A DNA stretch of 64,000 nucleotides. Origin: Alphaproteobacteria bacterium. GTDB taxonomy: Bacteria; Pseudomonadota; Alphaproteobacteria; JAAXGF01. Shown piece after piece: positions 38,349 through 47,674 of this stretch; the first letter of the stretch is position 1; each line of letters begins with the position of its first letter. The notes under the pieces were generated by a model. The model did not search any database. It had not been told where the DNA came from and worked only from the letters and a program-made list of their open reading frames with translations. Both the position numbers and the translations under genes were made by a program. The DNA is taken from positions 1,071 through 65,070 of the forward strand of contig JAYGED010000241.1 of the NCBI GenBank assembly GCA_046582565.1, given 5' to 3'.

Positions 38349-39293
38349 TCAGCTTTCCTTCTGGCTCATGGCCTCGCGGGCAATCTCGGCGATGCCGCTG
38401 ATCGAGCCGATCACGCTGGCCGCCTCCAGGGGCAGGAACAGGGTCTTCTGATTGTTGGATTCAGCGAAGGCGGTGAGCGTCTCCATGTAGCGCTGGGCGA
38501 TGAAATAATTTATCGCCTGCACGTCACCCTTGCCGACCGCCTCGGAGACCATGGCGATGGCCTTGGCCTCGGCCTCGGCCTCGCGCTCGCGCGCCTCGGC
38601 GTCGCGGTAGGCGGCCTCGCGGCGGCCCTCGGCATCCAGGATGACCGCCTGTTTCTCGCCCTCGGCCTTGAGGATTTCGGCCTGGCGGAAACCCTCGGCG
38701 TCGAGGATGTTGGCGCGTTTTTCGCGCTCGGCCTTCATTTGCCGGGCCATGGCTTCGACCAAGCTGGGCGGCGGCGCGATATCCTTGATCTCGATTCGCG
38801 TCACCTTGATCCCCCAGGGCGTCGTCGCCTCGTCGACCACGGTGAGGAGCTGGGCGTTGATCGTATCGCGCTGGGACAACAACTGGTCGAGATCCATCGA
38901 GCCCATCACGGTGCGGATATTGGTCATCGTCAAATTCAGGATGGCGTTAATCAGATTGTTGACCTCATAGGCCGCCTTGGCGGCTTCGAGTATCTGAAAG
39001 AAGACCACCCCGTCGACCGCCACCATGGCGTTATCGCGGGTGATGATTTCCTGGGTCGGCACGTCGAGCACGGTTTCCATCATGTTCATCTTGGCGCCGA
39101 TCCGATCGACAATCGGCACGATGAGATGAAGCCCGGGCCTCAGCGTGCGGGTATAGCGGCCGAACCGCTCGGTGGTGTACTCCATGCCTTGGGGCACGGT
39201 CTTGACGCCGCCGAACAGCAGGGCAACGGCGAGCAGCATGAACGCCACAACAAAGATCGAAAAACCGTCCAGGACTAGGGCTTCCATGATCAT
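38349..39293 (-). CDS. SPFH/band-7 (stomatin-like) protein
   Basis: TM anchor + SPFH domain and C-terminal coiled-coil (EAE repeats); ATG 39293 with GAGGAG RBS. Confidence 0.8.
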   Translation of the reverse strand: MIMEALVLDGFSIFVVAFMLLAVALLFGGVKTVPQGMEYTTERFGRYTRTLRPGLHLIVPIVDRIGAKMNMMETVLDVPTQEIITRDNAMVAVDGVVFFQILEAAKAAYEVNNLINAILNLTMTNIRTVMGSMDLDQLLSQRDTINAQLLTVVDEATTPWGIKVTRIEIKDIAPPPSLVEAMARQMKAEREKRANILDAEGFRQAEILKAEGEKQAVILDAEGRREAAYRDAEAREREAEAEAKAIAMVSEAVGKGDVQAINYFIAQRYMETLTAFAESNNQKTLFLPLEAASVIGSISGIAEIAREAMSQKES

Positions 39294-39398
39294 ACTCCTC
39301 TTCGATGAAGTCTTTTGCCGCCGCAACAGCTTATCACTCGATTAACCTCATTGTGATATTAATGCGGTGCCGAATGCGACCAATTGGGACCGACATTC

Positions 39399-40223
39399 AT
39401 GAGTGTCACCGACGAAGAGCTGAAACTTGAACGGGCCAAGGGCTATCCCTATCATACCCCGGCCTATTCCTATCTGTTCATCAACGGGACCGATCATGAA
39501 ATCGTCGAGGCCCAGGGCGATCCCGTGCTGGATGGTGAAATCTTCGCGGGCGACGAACGCATGACGACGACCAAGTTCCTGCGCCGCATCGGTATCCATA
39601 ACCCGCAAGGCCTGGAGGCGCGCACGCCGGTCATCGCGCATGGCTCGAATGCGTCGCCTGCCCAGCTTGCCCGCAAGTTCAACGGTGTCGACGACGATGT
39701 GATCATCCCGGTGCTGCGCGGCGGTCTGGTCGACTTCGACGTGGTCTATGCGGCGCATTTCACCGCCTATGGATCGATCCCGGCCACCCTGGCGGCCTCG
39801 CCCGGAACCACGGCGGAGATTGCCGTTGTCTATCTGACCGATGGGCAATTGGCGCGTATGCACAAGACCGAAGGTCTCGGGGTGAGCTATGTCTATGGCC
39901 GCATCGGCGGAATATTTCTCGACGTCGACGGGCTCGATCCCCTGTTGGAGGCCTTCGTCTATATCACCCTGCGCGGCGCCGCCATGCTGAGCGGCTCTCC
40001 CCTGGCTCTGTCCAGCGTCACCGCCCACCAGCGGCGCTTCAAGTCGCAGCCCATGTCGGCCATGCTGGCTCTGGCGCGCGACCGGTTTGCCCCCGATCTC
40101 GGCCTCGACGCCTTCATACTGGAAACCATTGCCGACGAAGCCCTACGCGCCGAGCGCACCGCCGCCCTGCACAGCAGCGCCCAACGCCCCCAATTCGCAG
40201 ACTTCGACGTGCTGATGGGCTGA
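39399..40223 (+). CDS. hypothetical protein, possibly gamma-glutamylcyclotransferase-like (AIG2 fold) N-terminal domain
   Basis: VIAHGSNASPAQL resembles the YGSNL signature and MHKTEGLGVSYVYGRI a catalytic-Glu segment of GGCT-like proteins; weak. Confidence 0.35.
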   Translation: MSVTDEELKLERAKGYPYHTPAYSYLFINGTDHEIVEAQGDPVLDGEIFAGDERMTTTKFLRRIGIHNPQGLEARTPVIAHGSNASPAQLARKFNGVDDDVIIPVLRGGLVDFDVVYAAHFTAYGSIPATLAASPGTTAEIAVVYLTDGQLARMHKTEGLGVSYVYGRIGGIFLDVDGLDPLLEAFVYITLRGAAMLSGSPLALSSVTAHQRRFKSQPMSAMLALARDRFAPDLGLDAFILETIADEALRAERTAALHSSAQRPQFADFDVLMG

Positions 40224-40373
40224 TAAAAAATTAACGTACCCGAGTGGGCACGGCAGCATTCTCCGACCGTAATGGTCGGAGAAGCAAGCCCGCAAAGCGG
40301 GCCGCCGGCTTACTCGGCGTAAGCCTGCGTGGCGTTTGAACGCAGGGAGCCCTTGGGCGACCGCATAACCCCC

Positions 40374-42005
40374 CTACCGATCCTGTTTGATCATGGCGGC
40401 GGCTTTTTCGCCGATCATGATGGCCGGGGCGTTGGTGTTGCCCGAGGTAACCGTCGGCATGATCGCGCAATCGGCGACGCGCAAGCTCTCGACGCCGCGC
40501 ACCCGCAGCCGCTCATCAACCACCGCGGCGTCGTCCTGGCCCATCTTGCAGGTCCCGACCGGGTGAAAGATCGTGCCGCCGGTGTCGCGGATATAGGCGA
40601 GGATGTCGTCGTCGCTGGTGACCTCGGGGCCGGGCGTATGCTCCTCGACAATATGGCTGGCAAAAGGCGGTTGGGCGGCAATTCGGCGGGCCAGCTTGAT
40701 GCCGTCGATCATGGTGCGCCGGTCGGTCTCGGTGTCGAGATAATTGGGCCGGATCGCCGGCGGCGCGGCGCCATCGGGCGAGGCGATCGTCACCGTGCCC
40801 CGGCTTTCCGGGCGAAGCTGGCAGACCGACGCGGTGACGCCGGGGAAACGGTCCAGATCGAGCCCCGATCCCTGGACGCCGGCCAGGGCCTTGTTGGTGC
40901 TGAGCGGTAGGAAATGGATCTGCACATCGGGGGTCTCAAGCTCGGGCCGGGTGCGCGCGAAGACGCCGACCTGACCGGCGCTGATGGTCATCGGCCCCTT
41001 TCTGAACAGGGCGAAGCGCAAGGCAATGGCGATCCGGCGGTGAAGATAGCGGGTGTCGTCGTTGATGGTGATCGGCTGGTTGCAGCGGTACATGCATTTG
41101 ACCTGCAGATGATCCTGCAGATTGGCGCCGACGCCGGGCAGCTCATGGATCGGCTCGATGCCGTGTTCGCGCAACAGCGCGCCCGGGCCGATGCCGGAAA
41201 GCTGGAGCAGTTGGGGCGAGTTGATCGCGCCGCCCGAGAGGATAATCTCAGCCGCCGCCCGCGCCACGCGGGGCTGTCCTGAGGCGCGGTATTCGACCGC
41301 GACGGCGCGCCGGCCCTCGAAGACAATCCGGGAGGCCAGGGCGTTGACCTCGATATGCAGGTTCGGGCGCCCCTTCGCCGGCTTGAGATAGGCGACGGCG
41401 GCGGAACAGCGCCAGCCATTGCGGGCCGTCACCTGGAAATAACCGGCGCCTTCCTGCTCGGGCCCGTTGAAATCCGCATTCCTGGGGATACCGGCCTCGA
41501 CCGCCGCCTCGATATAGGCTTTGCAGATTTCCCTATCGTCGGTCATGTTCGCAACCCTGAGCGGCCCGCCGACGCCGTGCAGATCGTCGGCCCCGCGCTC
41601 CTGATCCTCGGCGCGTTTGAAATAGGGCAGCACATCGTCCCACGACCAGCCCGCATTGCCGAGCTGGCGCCAATGGTTGTAATCCTGCTGCTGGCCGCGC
41701 ATGTAGATCAGGCCGTTGATCGAGCTTGAGCCGCCGAGCACCTTGCCGCGCGGCCAGACCAGAGTGCGCCCGTTGAGGCCGGGGTCGGGCTCGGTGTTAT
41801 AGCACCAGCTCAGGTTCGGATCGAACATGGTGCGGAAATAGCCGACCGGAATATGGATCCAGGGATTGCGGTCCCGGCCCCCCGCTTCGAGCAGCAACAC
41901 GTGGATGCCCGGGTCCTCGGTCAACCGCGCGGCCACGGCGCATCCCGCCGACCCGGCGCCGACAACGATGTAATCGTAAGTTTGCTCGTTGATGTTCTCG
42001 GGCAT
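40374..42005 (-). CDS. GMC-family FAD oxidoreductase (choline dehydrogenase-like)
   Basis: N-terminal YDYIVVGAGSAGCAVAARL FAD motif, GMC_oxred_N/C signatures; ATG at 42005. Confidence 0.85.
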   Translation of the reverse strand: MPENINEQTYDYIVVGAGSAGCAVAARLTEDPGIHVLLLEAGGRDRNPWIHIPVGYFRTMFDPNLSWCYNTEPDPGLNGRTLVWPRGKVLGGSSSINGLIYMRGQQQDYNHWRQLGNAGWSWDDVLPYFKRAEDQERGADDLHGVGGPLRVANMTDDREICKAYIEAAVEAGIPRNADFNGPEQEGAGYFQVTARNGWRCSAAVAYLKPAKGRPNLHIEVNALASRIVFEGRRAVAVEYRASGQPRVARAAAEIILSGGAINSPQLLQLSGIGPGALLREHGIEPIHELPGVGANLQDHLQVKCMYRCNQPITINDDTRYLHRRIAIALRFALFRKGPMTISAGQVGVFARTRPELETPDVQIHFLPLSTNKALAGVQGSGLDLDRFPGVTASVCQLRPESRGTVTIASPDGAAPPAIRPNYLDTETDRRTMIDGIKLARRIAAQPPFASHIVEEHTPGPEVTSDDDILAYIRDTGGTIFHPVGTCKMGQDDAAVVDERLRVRGVESLRVADCAIMPTVTSGNTNAPAIMIGEKAAAMIKQDR

Positions 42006-42053
42006 AGCGCGATGATGGAACGGGAGGCTCTGGAAGGCTACCGGAAAGTGGCC

Positions 42054-42130
42054 GTCAGCCATCAGCCATCAAGCCATCAGCAGTCAGCCATCAGCCATCA
42101 GCCATCAGCCATCAGCCATCAGCAGTCAGC
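42054..42130. repeat. tandem heptanucleotide repeat (ATCAGCC/GTCAGCC, 11 units, two variants ATCAGCA, one 8-nt unit) ~50 bp upstream of GMC oxidoreductase start
   Basis: Seen directly: gtcagcc atcagcc atcaagcc atcagca gtcagcc atcagcc x4 atcagca gtcagc. Confidence 0.9.
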
Positions 42131-42168
42131 TTAAAACTTTCTCGCTGACAGCTGACGGCTGATCGCTT

Positions 42169-42414
42169 CTAGGCCATGTCGAGGGCGCGCTGATAGAGGT
42201 CCAGCAGGGCCTCCTGCTCGTTCCGCTCGCTCTGGTCGAGCTTTCTTAAGGAGACGATCCGGCGCATGGTCTTGGAGTCGAAGCCGTTGCCCTTGGCCTC
42301 GGCGTAGATGTCGCGAATATCGGAGGCTAGCCCCGCCTTTTCCTCTTCGAGCCGCTCAATGCGATCGATGTAGGACCGCAGATGCTCCGAAGCGATGCCG
42401 CCGACTTCCACCAT
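42169..42414 (-). CDS. gapR: GapR (DUF2312) nucleoid-associated protein
   Basis: SYIDRIERLEEEKAGLASDIRDIYAEAKGNGFDSKTMRRIVSLRKLD..EQEALLDLY closely matches Caulobacter GapR core; ATG 42414 with AAGGA RBS. Confidence 0.8.
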   Translation of the reverse strand: MVEVGGIASEHLRSYIDRIERLEEEKAGLASDIRDIYAEAKGNGFDSKTMRRIVSLRKLDQSERNEQEALLDLYQRALDMA

Positions 42415-42583
42415 TCTTATGTCCTTCCCATGAGCCAATTCCCGGCGCATGCCGGGCCAGCTTGTATAGCGGCGGGGCGGAGCACGCGCAACAGCGCCTT
42501 TAGACTCGTCTGCTTAGGTTTCCTAAACTACCATCGAAAGCCTTCCCAGGCGCCAAGTCCCATTCCTCTTGAACGAGCAAAAA

Positions 42584-42997
42584 ATGAGTTCTGTGATTCA
42601 AAGCTTTTGGGCCGGATATCCCATCATGATGCTGCACTCCTCGGTGACGCTCGCCATGCTGCTGGCGGCGGTTTTCGTCTATATAAAGATCACCCCCTAT
42701 GACGAGATAAAGCTTATCCGGGACGGCAATACGGCTGCCGCGATTTCCTTGGCGGGGGCGATTGTTGGCCTAGCACTTCCCCTATCCCTCAGCATGGCGA
42801 GCAGTATCAGCGTTTGGGAAGTGCTGATCTGGGGTCCGGTTACCCTGTTTCTGCAATTAATCGCCTACCGCTTTACAGACATTCTCCTCAAAGATCTGCC
42901 CAAGCGTATAGAGAATGGTGAGACAGGGCCTGCTGTCTTACTCGTCTCCATCAAACTCGGCGTCGCGATGATTAACGCCGCGGCCGTCACCGGCTGA
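42584..42997 (+). CDS. DUF350-family small inner-membrane protein
   Basis: Two hydrophobic repeats characteristic of DUF350; lower-GC (~48%) segment. Confidence 0.55.
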   Translation: MSSVIQSFWAGYPIMMLHSSVTLAMLLAAVFVYIKITPYDEIKLIRDGNTAAAISLAGAIVGLALPLSLSMASSISVWEVLIWGPVTLFLQLIAYRFTDILLKDLPKRIENGETGPAVLLVSIKLGVAMINAAAVTG

Positions 42998-43018
42998 TCG
43001 CAAAAGCATTCCGCCGTT

Positions 43019-43912
43019 ATGCGTAAACTGGAATGGGTCGCTTTAATTCTTGTCATCATCGTCGCAATCGGCGGCGGAATTTTGCGATCCGGTGATGCGG
43101 TGCCCGAAAATCACTCCCCGAGGCGGCCGGGCCCGGAACTTTTCGAGCCGATATACTGGGATGCGGAAACTCGAGCCTGGCTCAAAGAGGGCGCGAAAAA
43201 CTTACGCCCCAAAGCGCCTGGCGCCCCTACATATTTGACGGAAGGCTACATGAAAGAGGGCGATGTAGAGGGATCGTCGACAGGGTCGGCTTTTTCAGTG
43301 TCTTCCAAGGGTTATTGGCTGACCGCGCGACATGTTATCGAGGGATGTGATGAGGCTTTTCTGCAAACCGGCAATCAGGAGGCGGCAAGAATTTTAGACT
43401 ACTACCTCCATCCCGGGGCTGACGTTGCCTTGTTGGCAACACGGCGCGCCCCTGTGGGGCTTCCCCTATCGCAGTTGGGCGTGAAAACACGTGATTCATT
43501 CAATGTCGGTTTTCCCAAGGGCAGCCCCGGCGCCGTCCATGGATTGTATCTCGGTGAAATGACCATGCGCCATACGGGGCGGCTGCGGTACCGGGAGCGG
43601 GTTGACGCCTGGAGCATCGTTTCCGAGATCCCCCGGAAATTTAATTCTCTCGGCGGTTTGAGTGGGGGTGCGGTGATCAATGACAGCGGAGAGATCGTCG
43701 GCATCGTACAGTCTGAATCGCCGCGTCGGGGCCGGTTCATGACGGCGCGGCCGGAAGTTTTACAAAATATGTTCGAAGTGGCGGGTATCAAAATTCCAAT
43801 GAATTCCAAGCCCGCTTCCAGCACAGAAATATCCGAGGCGAATTATCAAAATATGGCCCGCGAACTGATCGTCACGCTGCGAGTCTCTAAGGTGTTGTGT
43901 TTTGTAGATTGA
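43019..43912 (+). CDS. membrane-anchored trypsin-like (S1/chymotrypsin-fold) serine protease
   Basis: N-terminal TM helix; catalytic triad context TARHV (His), DVALL (Asp), GLSGGAV (Ser); 22 bp after DUF350 gene; ~48% GC. Confidence 0.65.
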   Translation: MRKLEWVALILVIIVAIGGGILRSGDAVPENHSPRRPGPELFEPIYWDAETRAWLKEGAKNLRPKAPGAPTYLTEGYMKEGDVEGSSTGSAFSVSSKGYWLTARHVIEGCDEAFLQTGNQEAARILDYYLHPGADVALLATRRAPVGLPLSQLGVKTRDSFNVGFPKGSPGAVHGLYLGEMTMRHTGRLRYRERVDAWSIVSEIPRKFNSLGGLSGGAVINDSGEIVGIVQSESPRRGRFMTARPEVLQNMFEVAGIKIPMNSKPASSTEISEANYQNMARELIVTLRVSKVLCFVD

Positions 43913-43936
43913 AGCCTTGATGCGCTATCCCCATGG

Positions 43937-44806
43937 TCATCCCTGGCCGTCGATGAAGGCCGCAATGTCATCCAACAGCGGCGCCAGGTCCCGGAACGGC
44001 CTGGCGAGAGAGAACAAAATCTCGATATGGCCGATGTCCGGATAGATGATGTGGCGCGCGCGGCCCCCGGCGTCGACAACCGCTTGCGACAGATTGAGCG
44101 TGTTGAACGGGAACACCGTATCGTCGTCGTCGCCATGCAACAGCAGCAGGGGTGCTTCATCGCCGTCGACGTACACCAGGGGCCGCGCCTCGTTCTCGTC
44201 GGCGAGATGGGCGAAGATCGGCGCGACGTTGGCGGTTCGCGAGGGGTAGAAAGCATGCGGCCCGGCGAGAGCAATGGTTCCCCGGAGCTGGTGCGAGTCC
44301 AGGCCCTCGGCCGCCAGATAACGCTCATCCAGGGTCAGCATGCTAGCAATATGGCCGCCTGCCGAGTGTCCCGTGAGGTAGAGCCGCTCAGGATCGCCGC
44401 CAAGGGAGGTGATGTTGTCCACCACCCAGCGCACCGCTTTTGCGCCGTCTTTCACGAAGGCCGGGAAGCGGACCTCGGGGAAGGTGCGGTAGTCGGGCAC
44501 CACCGCAATGTAGCCGCGGCTGGTCAAAGCCTCGGCCACGAAAAGATAGTCGGCGCGCTCGCCCCCCCGCCAGCTTCCGCCATAGAAGAAAATCACCACG
44601 GGAATCGGCCCACCGCTCAGCCTGGGGCGATAGACATCCAGCTTCTGGCGGGCCTCCGGGCCATAGGAAATGCCGGATTGCACGGCCAGATCGTCTTCCC
44701 CAATCACCGTGTTGAGTATCGATAAGGGGGACCAGGCCGAGAGCGCGAGCACCGCGACCATGAGCAACGACAAGCGCCAGGGCTTCAAACCGAGAGGGAT
44801 CATCAT
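43937..44806 (-). CDS. alpha/beta-hydrolase fold esterase/lipase (Abhydrolase_3-like), secreted
   Basis: Signal peptide, HGGG-like oxyanion region (FFYGGSW) and nucleophile elbow GHSAGG. Confidence 0.75.
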   Translation of the reverse strand: MMIPLGLKPWRLSLLMVAVLALSAWSPLSILNTVIGEDDLAVQSGISYGPEARQKLDVYRPRLSGGPIPVVIFFYGGSWRGGERADYLFVAEALTSRGYIAVVPDYRTFPEVRFPAFVKDGAKAVRWVVDNITSLGGDPERLYLTGHSAGGHIASMLTLDERYLAAEGLDSHQLRGTIALAGPHAFYPSRTANVAPIFAHLADENEARPLVYVDGDEAPLLLLHGDDDDTVFPFNTLNLSQAVVDAGGRARHIIYPDIGHIEILFSLARPFRDLAPLLDDIAAFIDGQG

Positions 44807-44989
44807 GCCTATACCGAACCCGGATCCGTGAAATCAGCCGCCATTGTGACAAACCATTTTGACAAAGATTAAACAGTTTGCCGAACCTATCACTCAAAAC
44901 GCGGGAATGAGAGGTAAGCCCTGCCCGTATGCTTATGGTTAATGCCACGGGAACTTAAAACAATCATTCCGATGCAAGGAGCCTGAACC

Positions 44990-45178
44990 ATGAGTGAAAT
45001 TACCGCCGCAACCACAGAGTTGAAACTGCCCTCAAAGCCCGAGAAACACTATCAAATCCATCGTGATGGCGTGCTCTATTCGTTGTTCCTCGGCACCAGG
45101 GCCAAGGCGAGCGGACATGTTCAAAGCCTGTTCAACATAAATCCATCGTTGAATTGGGATTACGAACTCGCGGCCTAA
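44990..45178 (+). CDS. small hypothetical protein (62 aa)
   Basis: Strong AAGGAG RBS 8 nt upstream of ATG; low-GC locus; no known domain. Confidence 0.45.
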   Translation: MSEITAATTELKLPSKPEKHYQIHRDGVLYSLFLGTRAKASGHVQSLFNINPSLNWDYELAA

Positions 45179-45186
45179 TTTTTGAT

Positions 45187-45519
45187 CTAGACTGGCTTGT
45201 CGTACCAGTCTTCGCCGGCTTCGCCGTGCTCGGCAAGGCCGTCCTTGTATTCCTGCACCTTCTCAGGCGAGGTCTCGGTCTGGTGGCGCTCCTTCCAGTC
45301 GGCGTAGGTCATGCCGTAGACCAGGGTGCGGGCATCGTCGTAGCTCATCTCCAGGTCTTGATCGCCAGCGGCGGCGCGATACCATTTTGCCAGGCAGTTG
45401 CGGCAGAAGCCGGCCAGATTCATTAAATCGATATTCTGTACGTCGCTGCGCCCCCGGAAGTGATGAACCAGGCGGCGGAAGGCAGCGGCCTCGATTTCGG
45501 TGCGGGTCTTGTCGTCCAT
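45187..45519 (-). CDS. DUF1244-family protein
   Basis: 110 aa MDDKTRTEIEAAAFRRLVHHF...NLAGFCRNCLAKWY...; AAGGAGG RBS; longer ORF-track version (to 45705) is an upstream extension. Confidence 0.65.
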   Translation of the reverse strand: MDDKTRTEIEAAAFRRLVHHFRGRSDVQNIDLMNLAGFCRNCLAKWYRAAAGDQDLEMSYDDARTLVYGMTYADWKERHQTETSPEKVQEYKDGLAEHGEAGEDWYDKPV

Positions 45520-45536
45520 GAAGAACCTCCTTTGGT

Positions 45537-46676
45537 TTATTCGAGGCCGAGAACGGTCTCGGATATGAGTAAATCGACAACCGCGTCGAGCGCCTCGCGC
45601 TGATCGGCGCCGGCATCGATGGCCGCGGCGTAAGCCCGGCATTGGCGGTCGGCGCTGGTGCCGTTCGCGGCGATCTGGCGGGTGTGGGCGACCTCGGCGA
45701 CGCAATCGAGGCGTTCGGCGTCTTCAGCCACCAGCTCGATGAGCTCGTCGAGCAGGTCGACAAACGGCACCAGGGCACCCTTGCCGAAATCGATCAGCTC
45801 GCCTTTCACGCCGTATCGCTGGGCGCGCCAGCGGTTCTCGTTGACCAGGATGCGCGGATAGGTGCGCCAGCGCTGGTTGGAGCGCCGCAGACGGTAGAGC
45901 ATGCTGACGATGCATTGGGTCAGGGCGGCCACGGCGGCGGCGTCTTCAAGGCGGGTGCAGACATCGGCAATGCGCATTTCCAGGGTCGGGTAGCGGGCGC
46001 TCGGGCGCAAATCCCACCACAGCTTGGTGGCGTCGGCCATGAGCCCGCCCTGGATCAATTGCGCCACCACGCGCTGATATTCGCCGTAGCTTTCATAGTA
46101 ATCCGGCAGGCCGGTGCGCGGCAGGGCGTCGAACACGGTGAGCCGGTAGGATTTGAGCCCGGTGTCTTCGCCGGTCCAGAACGGCGACGAGGTGGTCAGC
46201 GCCAGCAGGTGCGGCAGGAAGTAGCTCATCTGATTCATCAGATCGATGCGCAGGTCGTCGTCCTCGACCCCGATATGTATATGCATGCCACAGATCAGCA
46301 GCCGCCGGGCCACGGCCTGCAGATCGCGGGCCAGGGTCTGATAGCGGTCCTTGTCGACAAATTGCTGCTCCTGCCATCGCGCGAAGGGATGGGTCGAGGC
46401 GGCGATGGGCGCCAGGCCGTAGTCATTCGACACCTTGGCGACCGTGGCCCGAAGATCGGCGAGGTCATCGCGCGCCTCGCGCACGGTGGCGCGGGGATGG
46501 GTGCCGACCTCGATCTGGGCGCGCAGAAATTCAGGCGATACCCGGCCCTCCAGCATGGCCGCGCACTCACTCAGCATGGCCTCGGGCGGCTCGATGGCGA
46601 GATCGCGGCTGGCTTGGTCGACGAGGAGGTATTCCTCTTCTATGCCGATGGTCAGCGCTGGTGGGTTGAGCGGCAT
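45537..46676 (-). CDS. carboxylate-amine ligase, glutamate--cysteine ligase family 2 (YbdK-type)
   Basis: GCS2 signature N-terminus (IGIEEEYLLVD) and conserved core; 379 aa. Confidence 0.8.
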   Translation of the reverse strand: MPLNPPALTIGIEEEYLLVDQASRDLAIEPPEAMLSECAAMLEGRVSPEFLRAQIEVGTHPRATVREARDDLADLRATVAKVSNDYGLAPIAASTHPFARWQEQQFVDKDRYQTLARDLQAVARRLLICGMHIHIGVEDDDLRIDLMNQMSYFLPHLLALTTSSPFWTGEDTGLKSYRLTVFDALPRTGLPDYYESYGEYQRVVAQLIQGGLMADATKLWWDLRPSARYPTLEMRIADVCTRLEDAAAVAALTQCIVSMLYRLRRSNQRWRTYPRILVNENRWRAQRYGVKGELIDFGKGALVPFVDLLDELIELVAEDAERLDCVAEVAHTRQIAANGTSADRQCRAYAAAIDAGADQREALDAVVDLLISETVLGLE

Positions 46677-46677
46677 G

Positions 46678-47451
46678 TCACAGCACCTTGGTCAAGGCCG
46701 CCGCCAACCGTTGCGCCCATATCTCGACGCCGTGATGGGTGTCGATAAGGTCCTGGCGGAGTTCCACGGTGACATGGCGAAGCCCCCGCACCTCCGCATG
46801 GCGCGGTGTGGAAAAAGGCGGCGGCGTCCGGCCCGAATAGGGCTCGTTGTCGCCGACATTGATCAGGGGATCAGCGGCAAGAGCGGCCATCAAGGGCTTG
46901 GACAGCCGGTCATCCTGGTCCCACAGAATGCCGATATGCCAAGGCCGCTCGAAGCCGTCGAACAGCGGCGTGAAGCTGTGCATGGAGATAAAGGCGGGTT
47001 GGTCGCGCTTATCAAGCATCTCCTCGACGGCGTCGTGATAGGGCGCGAAGCAGGCGTCGCTGCGGGCGGCGGCGTCCGGCCCGTCCAGGGCGGCGTTGCC
47101 GGGAATGGTCACCCCGTCGCTGACCGTCGCAATCGAGCTCGGCGCGCCGATCGGGCGGTTGCAATCGATGACTAGCCGAGAATAGCCGGCGAGCAGGGCG
47201 GGCGCATCGAGCAGGGCGGCAAGCCGGCGCGTCACATCGGCGGCGCCGATATCCCAACCGATATGACGCTTGAGCATGGATTCATCCAGCCCCAGCCCTT
47301 GCAGCGCGGCCGGAACCGCATGGCTGGCGTGATCGCAAACCAGCAGAAGAGCAGCCGCGCCGTCTGGATTCACCGGCTCGAAAGGCGGCGGATCGTCGGG
47401 CCCGAGCAACGCCGGGCGAGGGGCCTTAAGAGGATGAACTGAAGCGGTCAT
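46678..47451 (-). CDS. N-formylglutamate amidohydrolase family protein
   Basis: FGase fold with conserved CDHASH and SMHSF metal-binding segments; 1-nt spaced from YbdK gene. Confidence 0.75.
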   Translation of the reverse strand: MTASVHPLKAPRPALLGPDDPPPFEPVNPDGAAALLLVCDHASHAVPAALQGLGLDESMLKRHIGWDIGAADVTRRLAALLDAPALLAGYSRLVIDCNRPIGAPSSIATVSDGVTIPGNAALDGPDAAARSDACFAPYHDAVEEMLDKRDQPAFISMHSFTPLFDGFERPWHIGILWDQDDRLSKPLMAALAADPLINVGDNEPYSGRTPPPFSTPRHAEVRGLRHVTVELRQDLIDTHHGVEIWAQRLAAALTKVL

Positions 47452-47674
47452 GGCTCTGAATATAACGGAAAGTCGATCTGCAAAAATACCGATTTAACGC
47501 GCCCGGTCATTTCACCGGCGGCGACAAGCCGGGCCTGTACCGTCCGACGGTCGCCCGGCTCAGAGACAACCATAATCTGGCGAGCGGTGATGGGTCATCC
47601 TATACCTTCACCATTGTCATGGAATAAGATGACCATGCCGTAAATTCAGTGGGCGGCGCGCATGAGGGGGGCCA

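Noticed and set aside
37029-39278. 749-aa ORF on plus strand
   Set aside because: Runs antisense across ubiD, nfeD and the SPFH gene; Gly/Asp/His-rich low-complexity product; high-GC artefact.
42054-42130. Possibility that the tandem repeat is a CRISPR array
   Set aside because: Units are 7 bp with no spacers and no cas genes nearby; it is a microsatellite.
41853-42134. 93-aa plus-strand ORF ending in HQPSAISHQ repeats
   Set aside because: Repetitive C-terminus is simply the translation of the heptamer array; overlaps GMC start region antisense.
45263-45778. 171-aa minus-strand ORF overlapping DUF1244 and YbdK genes
   Set aside because: Alternative frame across two better-supported genes; Pro/Arg-rich artefact.
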